Notes under the pieces: generated by a model
Told to the model about the DNA's origin: nothing
Seen by the model: only the letters and a program-made list of their open reading frames with translations
Database searches by the model: none
Position numbers and translations under genes: made by a program
Part shown: piece by piece, positions 48,406 through 58,729 of the stretch
Position numbering within the stretch: position 1 is the stretch's first letter
Layout: each line of letters begins with the position of its first letter
Virus record (IMG/VR): IMGVR_UViG_3300032280_000642
Span: 64,001 to 128,000 of that record
Reading direction: 5' to 3' (one strand)
Source of the DNA: a virus
Taxonomy: Duplodnaviria > Caudoviricetes
Length of the DNA stretch: 64,000 nt

Positions 48406-50169
48406 ATGAAAAAATTTTCCGATTTTATAAAAGAAGAAATAGATTTAAGAGGTAACAGTGGAGTTCCTAGAGATTTCATGAGAAACTCTGAAGAAGAAGC
48501 TGAGAGAAATTTAGGTATTAGACCAGATGATGAAAGTCAGATGAGAGAGGTTTGGCCAGATTTTCAAAGAAAAATGGGACAATCTATGCAAATGATGATG
48601 CAGGGCCCAGATGGTAGACCATTAGGTAGACCACAGATGCAAGAAAGAGTAGAAGCTTTACAAAACCTAGCAAAAGATCTTATCATGGATGAGTATGGTG
48701 ATATACTAGAAGCTTCTTCAAAACCTGTTGAACTTGACATTAAATTAGTAATGATGGGTCAAGTTAATCAAAATGTTCCTGATTTAAGAGATGTTCCATC
48801 AACACCAGAAAGAAATCCACGTGAAGATGAAACTCATGAAAGTGAAGACGAAGAAGATCAAGATAGTGAATGTGCTGATGGTTCTTGTTCAAATGATGAT
48901 GAAGACAATGATGAAACTACTGAAGATGATCAACCTACTGGTAGTGTTTTAAATGCTGCAATGAAGAAGAAAATTCTTAATATGTTAACACAAGGTGAAG
49001 GTAAAGCAACTAAAGATATTATTAAAGCTTCTCCTATTGTTGAAGATGGTTTACAAAGAATATTTGGAAATAATGGAGAAAGAATCCTAAGAATATGGAG
49101 TGAAATGTCTGATATTGCTGATAAAATGGACTGGATTATACCAATACAAGATAAGGCTAGAATGATGAGTGGTAACTCAGGTGGTATGGCAGGTGCGACT
49201 GATGTAACTTGGGAAAGTTTAAATAACAGTACTTTCTCAATTCAATTACTAAAAGAGAATCAAGATTATAGAAAAATAACTATTAAAGCGGTTGGTGTTG
49301 ACTTTCCGATGTTAATTCACGAAGCAGTAAAAGGTATTTACTTACTAATTCAATCAGCAGCAATTAAGAAAGATAAAGAATTTGCCAAGAAAGTAAAAGC
49401 GGCAACTTCTTCATTTTTGGATGAAGCACAAGATTTTAGATACGGTGTAACTGCACAAGCAATGTTTAATGATTTTATTAATGCTTGTAAAGATTCTCAA
49501 AAGTATAGACAAATGAGAACAAGAGTATTTAGATTATTGGCAAATGATAAAGAAAGATTAACTGCAAGAGCCAATGCCGAACAAAATGAAGAATTAAAAG
49601 ATTTACTTAAAAAAGAAGCCAAACTTGCCTTAACTGATGAAAAGTTCTTGGAAGTATTTAATAGTTTACTTTCTGTTTTTGATAAAGTTAATGAAGGTGG
49701 TCAACAACAAATAACAGTTTTTGGATTTAACCGTGGTGGTGGTAGAATAGCATTTGTTATTAATCAAGAAAGATTTAATCAATCTGTAGCAAAAACTGTA
49801 ATTGAAGGTTTAATCAAACATATTGTAGATACAGAAGAAGCTTATGAACAAGCAATAAAAGAGTGGGAATTAGAACAAAAATTAGGACCAGCTACTAACT
49901 ATGATGAACCTGATACAGAAGATGATGAAGATCCACTAGGATTAGGTTTAACAAAACAAGAAGAACCAGTAGATGACGGTGTTTATTCTGATGAAGATCT
50001 TTCAAAAATGAGAAAAAGAGATATTCAAGAACTTATGGATGCTGCTTTAGATGCCGGTGATTACGATGAAGTTAGAAGACTTAGTGGATTTCTTAAAGAA
50101 GGTGCAGAAATCTATTTAAGAGAGTTAGAAAGAATAAATGAAAGCCAACACACAAGAAGACAAAAATAA
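48406..50169 (+). CDS. Large hypothetical virion-internal-type protein (MKKFSDFIKEE leader)
   Basis: Acidic linkers, FPMLIHEAVKG segment, C-terminal MDAALDAGDYDEV (IDEAL-like). Confidence 0.7.
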   Translation: MKKFSDFIKEEIDLRGNSGVPRDFMRNSEEEAERNLGIRPDDESQMREVWPDFQRKMGQSMQMMMQGPDGRPLGRPQMQERVEALQNLAKDLIMDEYGDILEASSKPVELDIKLVMMGQVNQNVPDLRDVPSTPERNPREDETHESEDEEDQDSECADGSCSNDDEDNDETTEDDQPTGSVLNAAMKKKILNMLTQGEGKATKDIIKASPIVEDGLQRIFGNNGERILRIWSEMSDIADKMDWIIPIQDKARMMSGNSGGMAGATDVTWESLNNSTFSIQLLKENQDYRKITIKAVGVDFPMLIHEAVKGIYLLIQSAAIKKDKEFAKKVKAATSSFLDEAQDFRYGVTAQAMFNDFINACKDSQKYRQMRTRVFRLLANDKERLTARANAEQNEELKDLLKKEAKLALTDEKFLEVFNSLLSVFDKVNEGGQQQITVFGFNRGGGRIAFVINQERFNQSVAKTVIEGLIKHIVDTEEAYEQAIKEWELEQKLGPATNYDEPDTEDDEDPLGLGLTKQEEPVDDGVYSDEDLSKMRKRDIQELMDAALDAGDYDEVRRLSGFLKEGAEIYLRELERINESQHTRRQK

Positions 50170-50179
50170 ATATAATTGA

Positions 50180-52255
50180 ATGAAACTTTTTAAATATAAC
50201 CAATTTTTAGGAGAAGATACTTTAAATGAAAATTTAGATAAAGCTAAGAAATTCTTAAAAGAAAGATATGTTTTATTGACAGCAGCAAAAGAGCTTGATA
50301 TACTTAAAGGTGAATTAGCGGCACAAATTCAACATAGAGAAATTAGATCTGTTAGATTAATTGATTTTCAACCTGAACAAAGAGAGCAACTAAAAATGAA
50401 ACTAAGAGATATTTCAGTAACTCCTGAACTACTTAGAACATTTGAGAGAGAAACAGAGTTTGTATCAGTAAGAGGATTAAAAACTAGTGTTAAAATGCCA
50501 AAAGGTGTTAAAGAATTTCAATTAGATAGAGATAATATTGGTTGGTTATCAAATTTTACTTACTTCTATTATTTTGAAAATGTTCCATTAGAAGACTTAT
50601 CAGTTGTTTATAGAAGATTGATACAAAATAAAGACATTTTACAAAATCTTACTATTGAGAAACCAAAAGGAACTTTTATTAAGATTCAATTTGATGCTAA
50701 CTTTATTGATGAGAATGAACCGAATAACTTTGAGTTACTAACTGATGGATTAGATAGATTAGAACAATCAAGAAAGATTAAAAAAATGTATGATACTTTA
50801 ACTCCAGAGTTGAAAAAATCATATGATGAAGCTTCTGACTTAAATAAAGAAAAATTCTTATCAGTTGCGGTTGGTTTTGAACAATTAGGACTAAAACCAG
50901 ATGGTACTGTTGATGAAGTTAAGACAAAACAAATTTGGGATGACTTCTTTGGTAGAATGGCACCAGACACAAGACCTTTAAAACCAGATGGAACTCCAAA
51001 TCCAACTTTTGGTAAATTAGTTTATCAATCGACATTAAGAAGATATCCTAATATTCACGCATTCATTATTGCAGCAAATGGTCACCTAGCATCTTACGAG
51101 ATGGATGGATTTACTAAATTCAACGAATTGATTACTACTTGTAATGCTAGATTAGGTGCTGCAGGAGTTGAAAAGGTTTTCAATGAGAATGGTATTCTTA
51201 TCTTAGAGGTAAATTCATTTGCCGCTAACCAAATTATAAATGGACATACATCACATTGTATTAAAGATAGTAAAGACCAATGGGATAGTTACGTAGAAAA
51301 TCACGATAATAAACAATATTATATCTATGACTTCCACGTACCTTTAAGAGATAACTTCTCTACAATTGGTATTACAATTGAACCAGGACAAAGAGTTAGA
51401 GCTTGTCATAATAGACCTGACCACTCTGTTTCAACTACAGAGTTTAAGAATATCTTAAAAAGATGGGAGAGAGAGTATAACATTGATAAAGACTTATGGT
51501 CATTCTTCTTACCAATGGATGGTGAAGAAATTAGAAAAAGACAAAAAGCCAAAGAAGCAAATAGAGAAATTGTTAAACCTGGTTTAAGTATGGCTAAAAT
51601 TATTGAATATGTTACTGAATATGGTGCAGACATCAATAAAGATAATGGTAAATGTTTATTCAATGCAGTGGCAGAAGACGATTACGAGAAAGTAGAACTA
51701 ATCTTAAAATTAGGTGGACAACCTAACTTAACAAAAGGTAAAGATGCTCCTATTTCTAAAGCAACTAATCTTAAAATGATTAAACTTTTAGTTGATTATG
51801 GTTCTGAGATGACATCTGATGTATTCAAAAGTGTTGTACCTGATACAGAGGCTCTTGATTACTGTTTGAAGGCAGGTCTAGATCCTTTATTTAGTCATAA
51901 TATGCCATTAAGAAAATGTTTCTCTGGTACTTATGATACATTAAATGCACCTGGATCATCAGTTAAGAAAAAAGGAGAACCTTATTGGGAATCATTTTTA
52001 ATGATGATGAAATACCTTGAAAGAAAAGATATTGTAGAAACACTTTACTTTAAAGGAGGTATGATTACTAAGTGGGCAACTGACTATGGTAGAACTGAAT
52101 GTTTAGATTATTTTGAAAAAACTGGAGTTTATAAAAAATATACTGAAAAAGATTGGAATGACTTATTTGAATGGATAGATGTTTCAAGAAGTAGTAGTCC
52201 AGAAACAAAAGTCGAAACTTTAGCTTATGTTAAAGAATTAAAAGCAAGAAATTAA
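50180..52255 (+). CDS. Leader-bearing protein with HTSHCI motif and C-terminal ankyrin-like repeats
   Basis: YGADIN..CLFNAVAEDDYEKVELILKLGG..MIKLLVDYGS..CLKAGLD ankyrin pattern. Confidence 0.65.
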   Translation: MKLFKYNQFLGEDTLNENLDKAKKFLKERYVLLTAAKELDILKGELAAQIQHREIRSVRLIDFQPEQREQLKMKLRDISVTPELLRTFERETEFVSVRGLKTSVKMPKGVKEFQLDRDNIGWLSNFTYFYYFENVPLEDLSVVYRRLIQNKDILQNLTIEKPKGTFIKIQFDANFIDENEPNNFELLTDGLDRLEQSRKIKKMYDTLTPELKKSYDEASDLNKEKFLSVAVGFEQLGLKPDGTVDEVKTKQIWDDFFGRMAPDTRPLKPDGTPNPTFGKLVYQSTLRRYPNIHAFIIAANGHLASYEMDGFTKFNELITTCNARLGAAGVEKVFNENGILILEVNSFAANQIINGHTSHCIKDSKDQWDSYVENHDNKQYYIYDFHVPLRDNFSTIGITIEPGQRVRACHNRPDHSVSTTEFKNILKRWEREYNIDKDLWSFFLPMDGEEIRKRQKAKEANREIVKPGLSMAKIIEYVTEYGADINKDNGKCLFNAVAEDDYEKVELILKLGGQPNLTKGKDAPISKATNLKMIKLLVDYGSEMTSDVFKSVVPDTEALDYCLKAGLDPLFSHNMPLRKCFSGTYDTLNAPGSSVKKKGEPYWESFLMMMKYLERKDIVETLYFKGGMITKWATDYGRTECLDYFEKTGVYKKYTEKDWNDLFEWIDVSRSSSPETKVETLAYVKELKARN

Positions 52256-52261
52256 ATAAAT

Positions 52262-52288
52262 AAAAAACCAATCTTTAAGATTGGTTTT
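52262..52288. terminator. Bidirectional intrinsic terminator
   Basis: AAAAAACCAATCTTTAAGATTGGTTTT. Confidence 0.75.
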
Positions 52289-52988
52289 CTTTTTTTAACA
52301 CCATATAGATTAAATAAGCATCATTTACATCCTCATAAGGTTTTTGTATTTGTTTAGGTTCTAATATGTCTGTTTTAATAAACTTACAATGTTTAGCCCA
52401 ATAATCATCTAAACAGTCATTTTCAACAATTGCCAATAGCATATCACTTTTTGTGAAAGAGCCTCCCGATATACCTATCTTATTTTTATATATCCATTTT
52501 TCCTTTTTTATACCAATATTGATTGGCACATAAGTTAGTTTACAAGATTCTAACTTTAATGTAGAAGGTGAAAGAACAAAAATGTCTTCTGAGATTTTAT
52601 CAAACAACTTCTTTCTTAGAATAGTTGAAAAAGTAACTAAATCAATAATATCTCCTGCTGCAGATGAAAATGAATAACCTTCAATTCCGATTTTAGTAGG
52701 TTTATTAGGATCGATGTTTTCTAATATGTCAGTAATAATAGTATCACTAATTTTATCATAATCTTTTAGCTTAACTAGTTCACCTTCTGAATAATCTTTA
52801 TATTCACGGTATTCAATAAATTTATATGTAATGAATTCTTCGGCTAGACCAAACCATTTTGTAATTCCTTTTTTACCAAATGCTTTAGATTCTCTACAAT
52901 AATTGTAAATTTTAAATGTATCTCCTGATGAAACAACTAAGGCAGTTGAAATAAGAGAAGGGTCGATTGCTATAATGTTATATTTCAT
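52275..52988 (-). CDS. RuvC-like (RNase H fold) Holliday junction resolvase
   Basis: IIAIDPSLISTA, IGIEGYSF, SPSTLK and DVNDAY. Confidence 0.7.
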   Translation of the reverse strand: MKYNIIAIDPSLISTALVVSSGDTFKIYNYCRESKAFGKKGITKWFGLAEEFITYKFIEYREYKDYSEGELVKLKDYDKISDTIITDILENIDPNKPTKIGIEGYSFSSAAGDIIDLVTFSTILRKKLFDKISEDIFVLSPSTLKLESCKLTYVPINIGIKKEKWIYKNKIGISGGSFTKSDMLLAIVENDCLDDYWAKHCKFIKTDILEPKQIQKPYEDVNDAYLIYMVLKKENQS

Positions 52989-53025
52989 AAACTATATAGT
53001 AATGCAACATGTTTTCCTTTTTTAT

Positions 53026-53056
53026 TTTGTAAATTAAAATAATTATTGTATATTTG
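53026..53056 (+). promoter_or_regulatory. Bacteroidota-type housekeeping (early) promoter
   Basis: TTTG-N19-TATATTTG. Confidence 0.7.
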
Positions 53057-53073
53057 TAGAAATAATATACTAC

Positions 53074-53526
53074 ATGACAGGTAAGAAATTAAATCATTCA
53101 GATGCACTTAAATTTATTTTCGCAGGTAATTCAACATTTACTGTTGTTAATACCAATACTGATAATAGATTTACATTTAGTTTAAAATTATCAAAGAACA
53201 GTAACTTGTTTTTTGTTAAAGTTTTGTCAGGTCCAGAAACTTATACCTACATCGGAACCTGTGCAAACGGTTATTTTAAACATTCAAAGAAATCTGTTAT
53301 ATCAGCAGATGCACAATCTGTAAAAGTTTTCAATTATATTCTTAATAAATTAAGAACTAATACACTTCAAGATTTTGTTGAGATATGGCACCAGGGTAAA
53401 TGTGGGAAGTGTGGTAAAGCTTTAACCGTACCATCTAGTATAGATAATGGTTTAGGACCAAGTTGTCTTAAATCACTCTCTAAACAAGAAAAAAGAGATA
53501 AGTTTTTAGAATTAATACTTTCATAA
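53074..53526 (+). CDS. DUF6011-type Zn-ribbon protein with C-terminal KRDKFLELILS motif
   Basis: CGKCGKALTVPSSIDNGLGPSC. Confidence 0.7.
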   Translation: MTGKKLNHSDALKFIFAGNSTFTVVNTNTDNRFTFSLKLSKNSNLFFVKVLSGPETYTYIGTCANGYFKHSKKSVISADAQSVKVFNYILNKLRTNTLQDFVEIWHQGKCGKCGKALTVPSSIDNGLGPSCLKSLSKQEKRDKFLELILS

Positions 53527-53527
53527 T

Positions 53528-54073
53528 ATGACACTATCCGCACTTAGAGCATTAATCTCATTATCAACACTTTTATTAATGGGATTTTATTTTTTTCTAA
53601 ATAGAAAAAATAAAGACCGAAAGAACATTTCTTGGGATGTTAAACAAGGAGTAAGATGTTATTCTTGTAAAGAAGAGATTTTTGATGAAAGTAACATTCA
53701 AACCGAAATTCAAAGAGAATGGCAAAAACTTAATAAACTACGTAGTATATTTGATAGAATTAATATAAATCCAAAAAGTGAAGATTTACATATGTGTACC
53801 TCTTGTAATAGAGATAATCAAATAGAAGGATTGATAAATAAAAGACTTATTTCAGTAAACTCAATTAAAAAGTATTTATATTCACGTAAGTTTAATAGAA
53901 TACTTTGGAGTTATACTATTTTAATGATCACTACATTAACACTAGATATTTTAGATTATACTACAAATAAGGACTCATTAAGAATTTTCTTTTATATCTA
54001 TAATTTGACTATTTATTGTTATTGGGCAATAATCATTTATAAAAATAAACTGGAATATATAATAGACAAATAA
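53528..54073 (+). CDS. Membrane protein with CxxC pairs
   Basis: N-terminal TM, CYSC and CTSC, two C-terminal TMs; internal NRDNQIEGLI motif. Confidence 0.65.
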   Translation: MTLSALRALISLSTLLLMGFYFFLNRKNKDRKNISWDVKQGVRCYSCKEEIFDESNIQTEIQREWQKLNKLRSIFDRININPKSEDLHMCTSCNRDNQIEGLINKRLISVNSIKKYLYSRKFNRILWSYTILMITTLTLDILDYTTNKDSLRIFFYIYNLTIYCYWAIIIYKNKLEYIIDK

Positions 54074-54105
54074 AAAACCCTCAACTATTACTTTGAGGGT
54101 TTTTT
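54072..54105. terminator. Bidirectional intrinsic terminator
   Basis: AAAAAACCCTCAA-CTATTACT-TTGAGGGTTTTTT. Confidence 0.8.
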
Positions 54106-54183
54106 AGGGTCAACCGGTTAAGTCGAACATCCACCACCTTATTTTGAGAAATAAGGAAAATATAAACTATAAACTACTACTAT

Positions 54184-54357
54184 TTACTCAGCTTTAGCTT
54201 CATTAACCGATGCCGCTCTATAAGGAGTTACCAATTTTTTGATTTCACCTAATGCTTTACGAGCATCTGCATCAGATTTTTTAGTTGTTTTGTTGTGGTT
54301 TGTATCAAATTGTTCCCACAAAGTTTTTAATTGGTCAAAAATTTCTTGTTTTGTCAT
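54184..54357 (-). CDS. Histone H1-like (Hc1-family) small protein, 57 aa (not in ORF track)
   Basis: MTKQEIFDQLKTLWEQFDTNHNKTTKKSDADARKALGEIKKLVTPYRAASVNEAKAE; the ARK...E..KL...YR..S pattern matches Bacteroidota Hc1-like proteins. Confidence 0.65.
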   Translation of the reverse strand: MTKQEIFDQLKTLWEQFDTNHNKTTKKSDADARKALGEIKKLVTPYRAASVNEAKAE

Positions 54358-54410
54358 AATATTTATTTATTTTTTTGTTTTAAACCCACTTATTTAAGGG
54401 GTTTTAATTT

Positions 54411-55643
54411 TTATCCGAAAATATCATCTGCATCTGCAGAATCTGTAAATCCGTTATCATCTGTTGTATCATCTTCATCACCGATAATACTATTAAATTC
54501 TTTTTCTACTTCATCGATTTCATCTAACGACTTAAATCTGAAATAATCATTTACGATTGGTGCCATTTTCTCTAACACTTCTTGTGTAAATACTTCTTGT
54601 GTAAATAGTTGTTTAGTTGTTACCGATTTGTTTAAGTGATCAACATACCATCTAATTCCACCTGGAATGAATTTCATTTCACCTGTTGATTTATCAACTT
54701 CCATTTTACCTTTTGCAATACCAATTTTATCAAAATACTCTGGTCTACAGAAAGCATCTAATCCAGTGTAAGGATTCATACCGTGTGCAAATGAAATATC
54801 AAATCTAATTTTCTTAGGTTTTGCCATACGATTTTTCATTGTTTTAAATAAAACTGAAATACCACTTGAACCTAAATCCATATCATCTTCTTCACCAGTT
54901 TTTAATTTTGATTTTGACATCATACCAATAACTGATGCAGAATATAAAAGACCATTACCACCCTTGAGTTTTTCCACGGAAAACATGTCTAAAGTCATAT
55001 AAGTGTGATTACATACAATCATAGGTATATCTAAGAAACCTAAATCTGTATTGATACTTCTAAACATAGAACCAAGAGCTTTAGCTTTAGTCATATCTTG
55101 TTTAATGTTACCTGCTAATAAATCTTCTTTTTCTTTGTTAGATGCCATTTGGCCCAATGAGTCTAATACAATCATTAGTTTAGGTAATTCAAAACCTGCC
55201 ATTTTTTGTTCTTTCAAATCATCTAATAATTGAGTCAATAACATATTTACATCTTCAACTTTGTTAGATCTAATCAATCTGAACTTTTCTAATGAGTTAT
55301 CAATTCCAAATTTTGGAATATCTTCTAAGTCAATTGCTTGTTCTGTATCAATGTAAATAACAGAGTATCCTGCTTTTTGTGCATGTTTAGCACAAGAGTA
55401 AGCTACAAATGATTTACCTGCACCAGATTCACCCGCAAATGCAGTGATTCTATTATTAGCAACTCCACCACCAAGTAATTTTCCTGATAATGCAGCATCT
55501 AATAAATAAACACCAGTTGTAATAAATTGTTTTTCTTTAATTTCTTTCTCAATTTGAATTGGCACTGACTTTGCGATATTATCTAATATCGAACCAATCT
55601 TACTAAACTCAAACTTCTTTCCTTCTTTAACTTGTTTCGCCAT
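54411..55643 (-). CDS. uvsX: RecA-like recombinase (UvsX type)
   Basis: TTGVYLLDAALSG, AGESGAGKS, YIDTE, VLDSLG, NHTY, GGNGLLYSAS and KNR. Confidence 0.88.
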   Translation of the reverse strand: MAKQVKEGKKFEFSKIGSILDNIAKSVPIQIEKEIKEKQFITTGVYLLDAALSGKLLGGGVANNRITAFAGESGAGKSFVAYSCAKHAQKAGYSVIYIDTEQAIDLEDIPKFGIDNSLEKFRLIRSNKVEDVNMLLTQLLDDLKEQKMAGFELPKLMIVLDSLGQMASNKEKEDLLAGNIKQDMTKAKALGSMFRSINTDLGFLDIPMIVCNHTYMTLDMFSVEKLKGGNGLLYSASVIGMMSKSKLKTGEEDDMDLGSSGISVLFKTMKNRMAKPKKIRFDISFAHGMNPYTGLDAFCRPEYFDKIGIAKGKMEVDKSTGEMKFIPGGIRWYVDHLNKSVTTKQLFTQEVFTQEVLEKMAPIVNDYFRFKSLDEIDEVEKEFNSIIGDEDDTTDDNGFTDSADADDIFG

Positions 55644-55750
55644 AATTTTTATTAATTTTTCTTATAATGTATATATAAACTTATTCTACTCCCCTTTCAA
55701 CATTTTTTAAAAAAGTTTTGAAAGAGGGTACAATTTTTTATATATAATTT

Positions 55751-56476
55751 ATGGATAGATCAAGATTTTTAGAAAAAGCAAGGAATTTACACGGATATAA
55801 ATATGAGTATATAGATTTATCTGATAAAATTAAAGTATCGGATACTATAAAAGTTAAATTTGATGGGGTTGTTTATTATCAAAGGGTAATAAAACACTTA
55901 AATGGTAGATGTCCCGAAAAAGTTATTTATAAAAAAACAACTGAGGAATATATATTAGAGGCAAAAGAAGTATGGGGAGATAAGTATGATTACTCACTAA
56001 CTAAATATGAAGGAGCTCTAAATAATATAAAAGTTATTTATAATGGTGTCGTTTATGAACAAAGAGCTAAATCTCATTTAGAAGGTTCAGCACCAGAATT
56101 TAGAAAGAATGAAGAATCTATTTTAAATGATACTTTAAATAAATATGACTTAGAAGGTGAAAAAGAAATTATAAGTTTTCTTGAAAAATTTAAAATGAAA
56201 TTTGAATATAAAAAATCACTTAATAATATAATATTTGACTTTTATATACCTTCTAATAGAACTTTAATTGAGTTTGATGGATTATACCATTTTGAACCAG
56301 TTGATACGTTAGGCGGTCTTAAAACGTATAATAGAATGAAAGTAAATGATAAAATAAAGAATGATTATTGTGAAGAGAACTATATGAATTTGATTAGAAT
56401 TAAGTATGATCAAATTGATGACATTTATCAAATCTTATGGGATAGTTTAAAAATCTACATAAAAAAACCCAACTAA
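55751..56476 (+). CDS. Homing-endonuclease-like protein (HG.KY.Y repeats plus Vsr-like nuclease)
   Basis: FLEKARNLHGYKYEY, AKEVWGDKYDY, FDFYIP..LIEFDGLYH..D..K..YC..LIRIKY; paralog of 45708..46805. Confidence 0.7.
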   Translation: MDRSRFLEKARNLHGYKYEYIDLSDKIKVSDTIKVKFDGVVYYQRVIKHLNGRCPEKVIYKKTTEEYILEAKEVWGDKYDYSLTKYEGALNNIKVIYNGVVYEQRAKSHLEGSAPEFRKNEESILNDTLNKYDLEGEKEIISFLEKFKMKFEYKKSLNNIIFDFYIPSNRTLIEFDGLYHFEPVDTLGGLKTYNRMKVNDKIKNDYCEENYMNLIRIKYDQIDDIYQILWDSLKIYIKKPN

Positions 56477-56491
56477 TTGTTGGGTTATTTT

Positions 56492-56722
56492 TTATAATTT
56501 AAAGTAGTTACTTAATGTATCAATAGTTTGTTTATCATCTTCGTGATACCAAAGTTCTTTACCAACTATAGAAATCTTTTCATCAGTAATCAAAGTTCTT
56601 AGAGAACCTTCTGTTTGGAATAACTCTAAATCTTCATCACCTAAAGTTAGACTAATAGAACCATCTTGACCCTCATTAGGTCTATAACTTTCTTTTAAAA
56701 ATTCATTAAATCTTTTTATCAT
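56492..56722 (-). CDS. Small protein with MIKRFNEFLKES leader
   Basis: Ends at the terminator 56461-56492. Confidence 0.7.
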   Translation of the reverse strand: MIKRFNEFLKESYRPNEGQDGSISLTLGDEDLELFQTEGSLRTLITDEKISIVGKELWYHEDDKQTIDTLSNYFKL

Positions 56723-56736
56723 AATATTTTTATTTT

Positions 56737-56982
56737 TTATTTATTAAACCAAATAACATATCTTGAACCATCTGGTTGTTCTGAATCAAAAACAGGATTC
56801 TTTCTACTCATATGTTCACCATTTGAATAATAACCAGTTCCATCATCTTTTGTAATATCACCATCTTCTATAGCTTCTTTAAATTCAGGAATAGTATAGT
56901 ATTCACCATAATGAGGAATCTCATCTGTAAAAATCGGATCACTAAGACTTTCGTTGAACTTATCAAAACTTTTTATAATCAT
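56737..56982 (-). CDS. Small protein with MIIKSFDKFNES leader
   Basis: TAATATATA-TACT-ATG. Confidence 0.7.
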   Translation of the reverse strand: MIIKSFDKFNESLSDPIFTDEIPHYGEYYTIPEFKEAIEDGDITKDDGTGYYSNGEHMSRKNPVFDSEQPDGSRYVIWFNK

Positions 56983-57000
56983 AGTATATATATTAAATTA

Positions 57001-58062
57001 TTAAATTACTTTTTTATATTCTCTAATATATTTATAAACTACTCCTTTTTTCAATTTTAATTTATTTATTATATCAATTGGTGAAATATTATTACAATAC
57101 ATTTTTATCACATTATTTCTAACATCATCAAATTTTTCACTTCTACTTAATCTATTCTCATCTATATTATTCCATTTTCTAGATAATATTGGTAAGTTAA
57201 GTTTTATACATTCTTTTTTAATGTTTTTCAATAATATATTATCAGATATTGTCAGTAGTGAATATCCATCGTTACCAACTTTTGAAAATACTTTATCTTT
57301 ATCATAGTTAAAATAATTATATAGAAAATTTTCAATGAATATCAAATTATTTAACCAATTTTTATGAAGGTGTATTCTTAGATTACAATCTTGTCTTTTA
57401 TAAATTTTATGAATACTACCATCACCATCTATAAATCCAATTATTAGTGAAAATAATAATTCTTTATCAAAAGAATATGTATTTAGATCCATAGGATCAT
57501 AGGTTTTATTATTCTTGATATTAAATTTTTCACATAATCGAATACAAATTTCTCTATTTTGTAAAGAAGTCGAACACATTGAATCCTTTTCAATCATATC
57601 AGAACATCCTAAATAGTCAACAAATTTCTGTAAATGATTTCTATCTTTATTAGATAATGATATTTTTATCCTTTCACTGTTACTAATATGACCATCTGCT
57701 AAAATAAATCCAATCCAATAAAAACTATCCAATTCATCATACATCAATATATTCATATTAGAATTTCTTTTGAAATCATGACCTCTAAAAATATCAATTC
57801 TATTAGATTTTAATTTAATAGAATCCCAACTTCTATTAGGTAATAGCTCGAGTAATTCATCTTTACTCATATTCACATAATTATCCACTATAATAGAAAT
57901 TTCATAACTGGACCACTTCTCACATTTTTTTATTTTATTTGGTACTATATTATATCTATATTTTCTTATACTATCCCAATTTCTATTAGGTAATAGTCTA
58001 AGTAATTCATCTCTATCATCATATTTTTTTATTATTTCTACTTCTTCATTAGTCCATTTCAT
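57001..58062 (-). CDS. LAGLIDADG homing endonuclease with N-terminal Myb/SANT-like repeats
   Basis: YWIGFILADG and IIGFIDGDG; two KW...E..II....LLPNR.WDSI repeats. Confidence 0.8.
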   Translation of the reverse strand: MKWTNEEVEIIKKYDDRDELLRLLPNRNWDSIRKYRYNIVPNKIKKCEKWSSYEISIIVDNYVNMSKDELLELLPNRSWDSIKLKSNRIDIFRGHDFKRNSNMNILMYDELDSFYWIGFILADGHISNSERIKISLSNKDRNHLQKFVDYLGCSDMIEKDSMCSTSLQNREICIRLCEKFNIKNNKTYDPMDLNTYSFDKELLFSLIIGFIDGDGSIHKIYKRQDCNLRIHLHKNWLNNLIFIENFLYNYFNYDKDKVFSKVGNDGYSLLTISDNILLKNIKKECIKLNLPILSRKWNNIDENRLSRSEKFDDVRNNVIKMYCNNISPIDIINKLKLKKGVVYKYIREYKKVI

Positions 58063-58106
58063 AAGTATATTTTATTTTTATATATTAAATTATTTCCTCT
58101 TCCTAC

Positions 58107-58137
58107 TTGTGTATCAACTATAAAATTATTATATTTG
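58107..58137 (+). promoter_or_regulatory. Bacteroidota-type housekeeping (early) promoter
   Basis: TTG-N20-TATATTTG heading the 58166-61025 operon. Confidence 0.65.
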
Positions 58138-58165
58138 TAAAATAATTTAAAAATGAAATAAAACT

Positions 58166-58729
58166 ATGAATATTTGGATAACTTCTGATACTCACTATAA
58201 TCACAAGAACATCGCGGGAAAAGAGGTTTCTCGTTGGACGGACGGGTTCAGAAAGTTTGCAAGCGTTCAACAAATGAACGAATCTTTAATTGCTAACATC
58301 AACAAGTATGTTAAAGAGGACGATACTTTGTATCACCTTGGAGACTTTGCGTTTGGTGATGCTAAAACAATCAGAGAGTTTAGAAACTCTTTAATTTGTA
58401 AAAATGTACATTTAATTTTAGGAAACCACGATGAAGAAATCGAGGATTCTTTAGAATTACAAGAACTTTTTACAAGTGTAGGATATGTTTACACAGGATA
58501 TATTGGAAAACAAAAGTTCCATTTATCTCACTACTCACACAGAGTTTGGCCAAAATCTCACAGAGGTACAATACACCTTTATGGACATTCACACGGAAGT
58601 ATTCCTGATTATGGAAAATCTATGGATGTTGGTGTAGATACTCACAAAGATTTTAGACCTTATCACATTAACGAGATTTACTCTATAATGAGTAAAAGAG
58701 ACGTTCACAAAATTGATCATCATGGTTAA
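58166..58729 (+). CDS. Calcineurin-like metallophosphoesterase
   Basis: SDTHY, HLGDF, GNHD, SHY, GHSH and DVGVD. Confidence 0.85.
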   Translation: MNIWITSDTHYNHKNIAGKEVSRWTDGFRKFASVQQMNESLIANINKYVKEDDTLYHLGDFAFGDAKTIREFRNSLICKNVHLILGNHDEEIEDSLELQELFTSVGYVYTGYIGKQKFHLSHYSHRVWPKSHRGTIHLYGHSHGSIPDYGKSMDVGVDTHKDFRPYHINEIYSIMSKRDVHKIDHHG

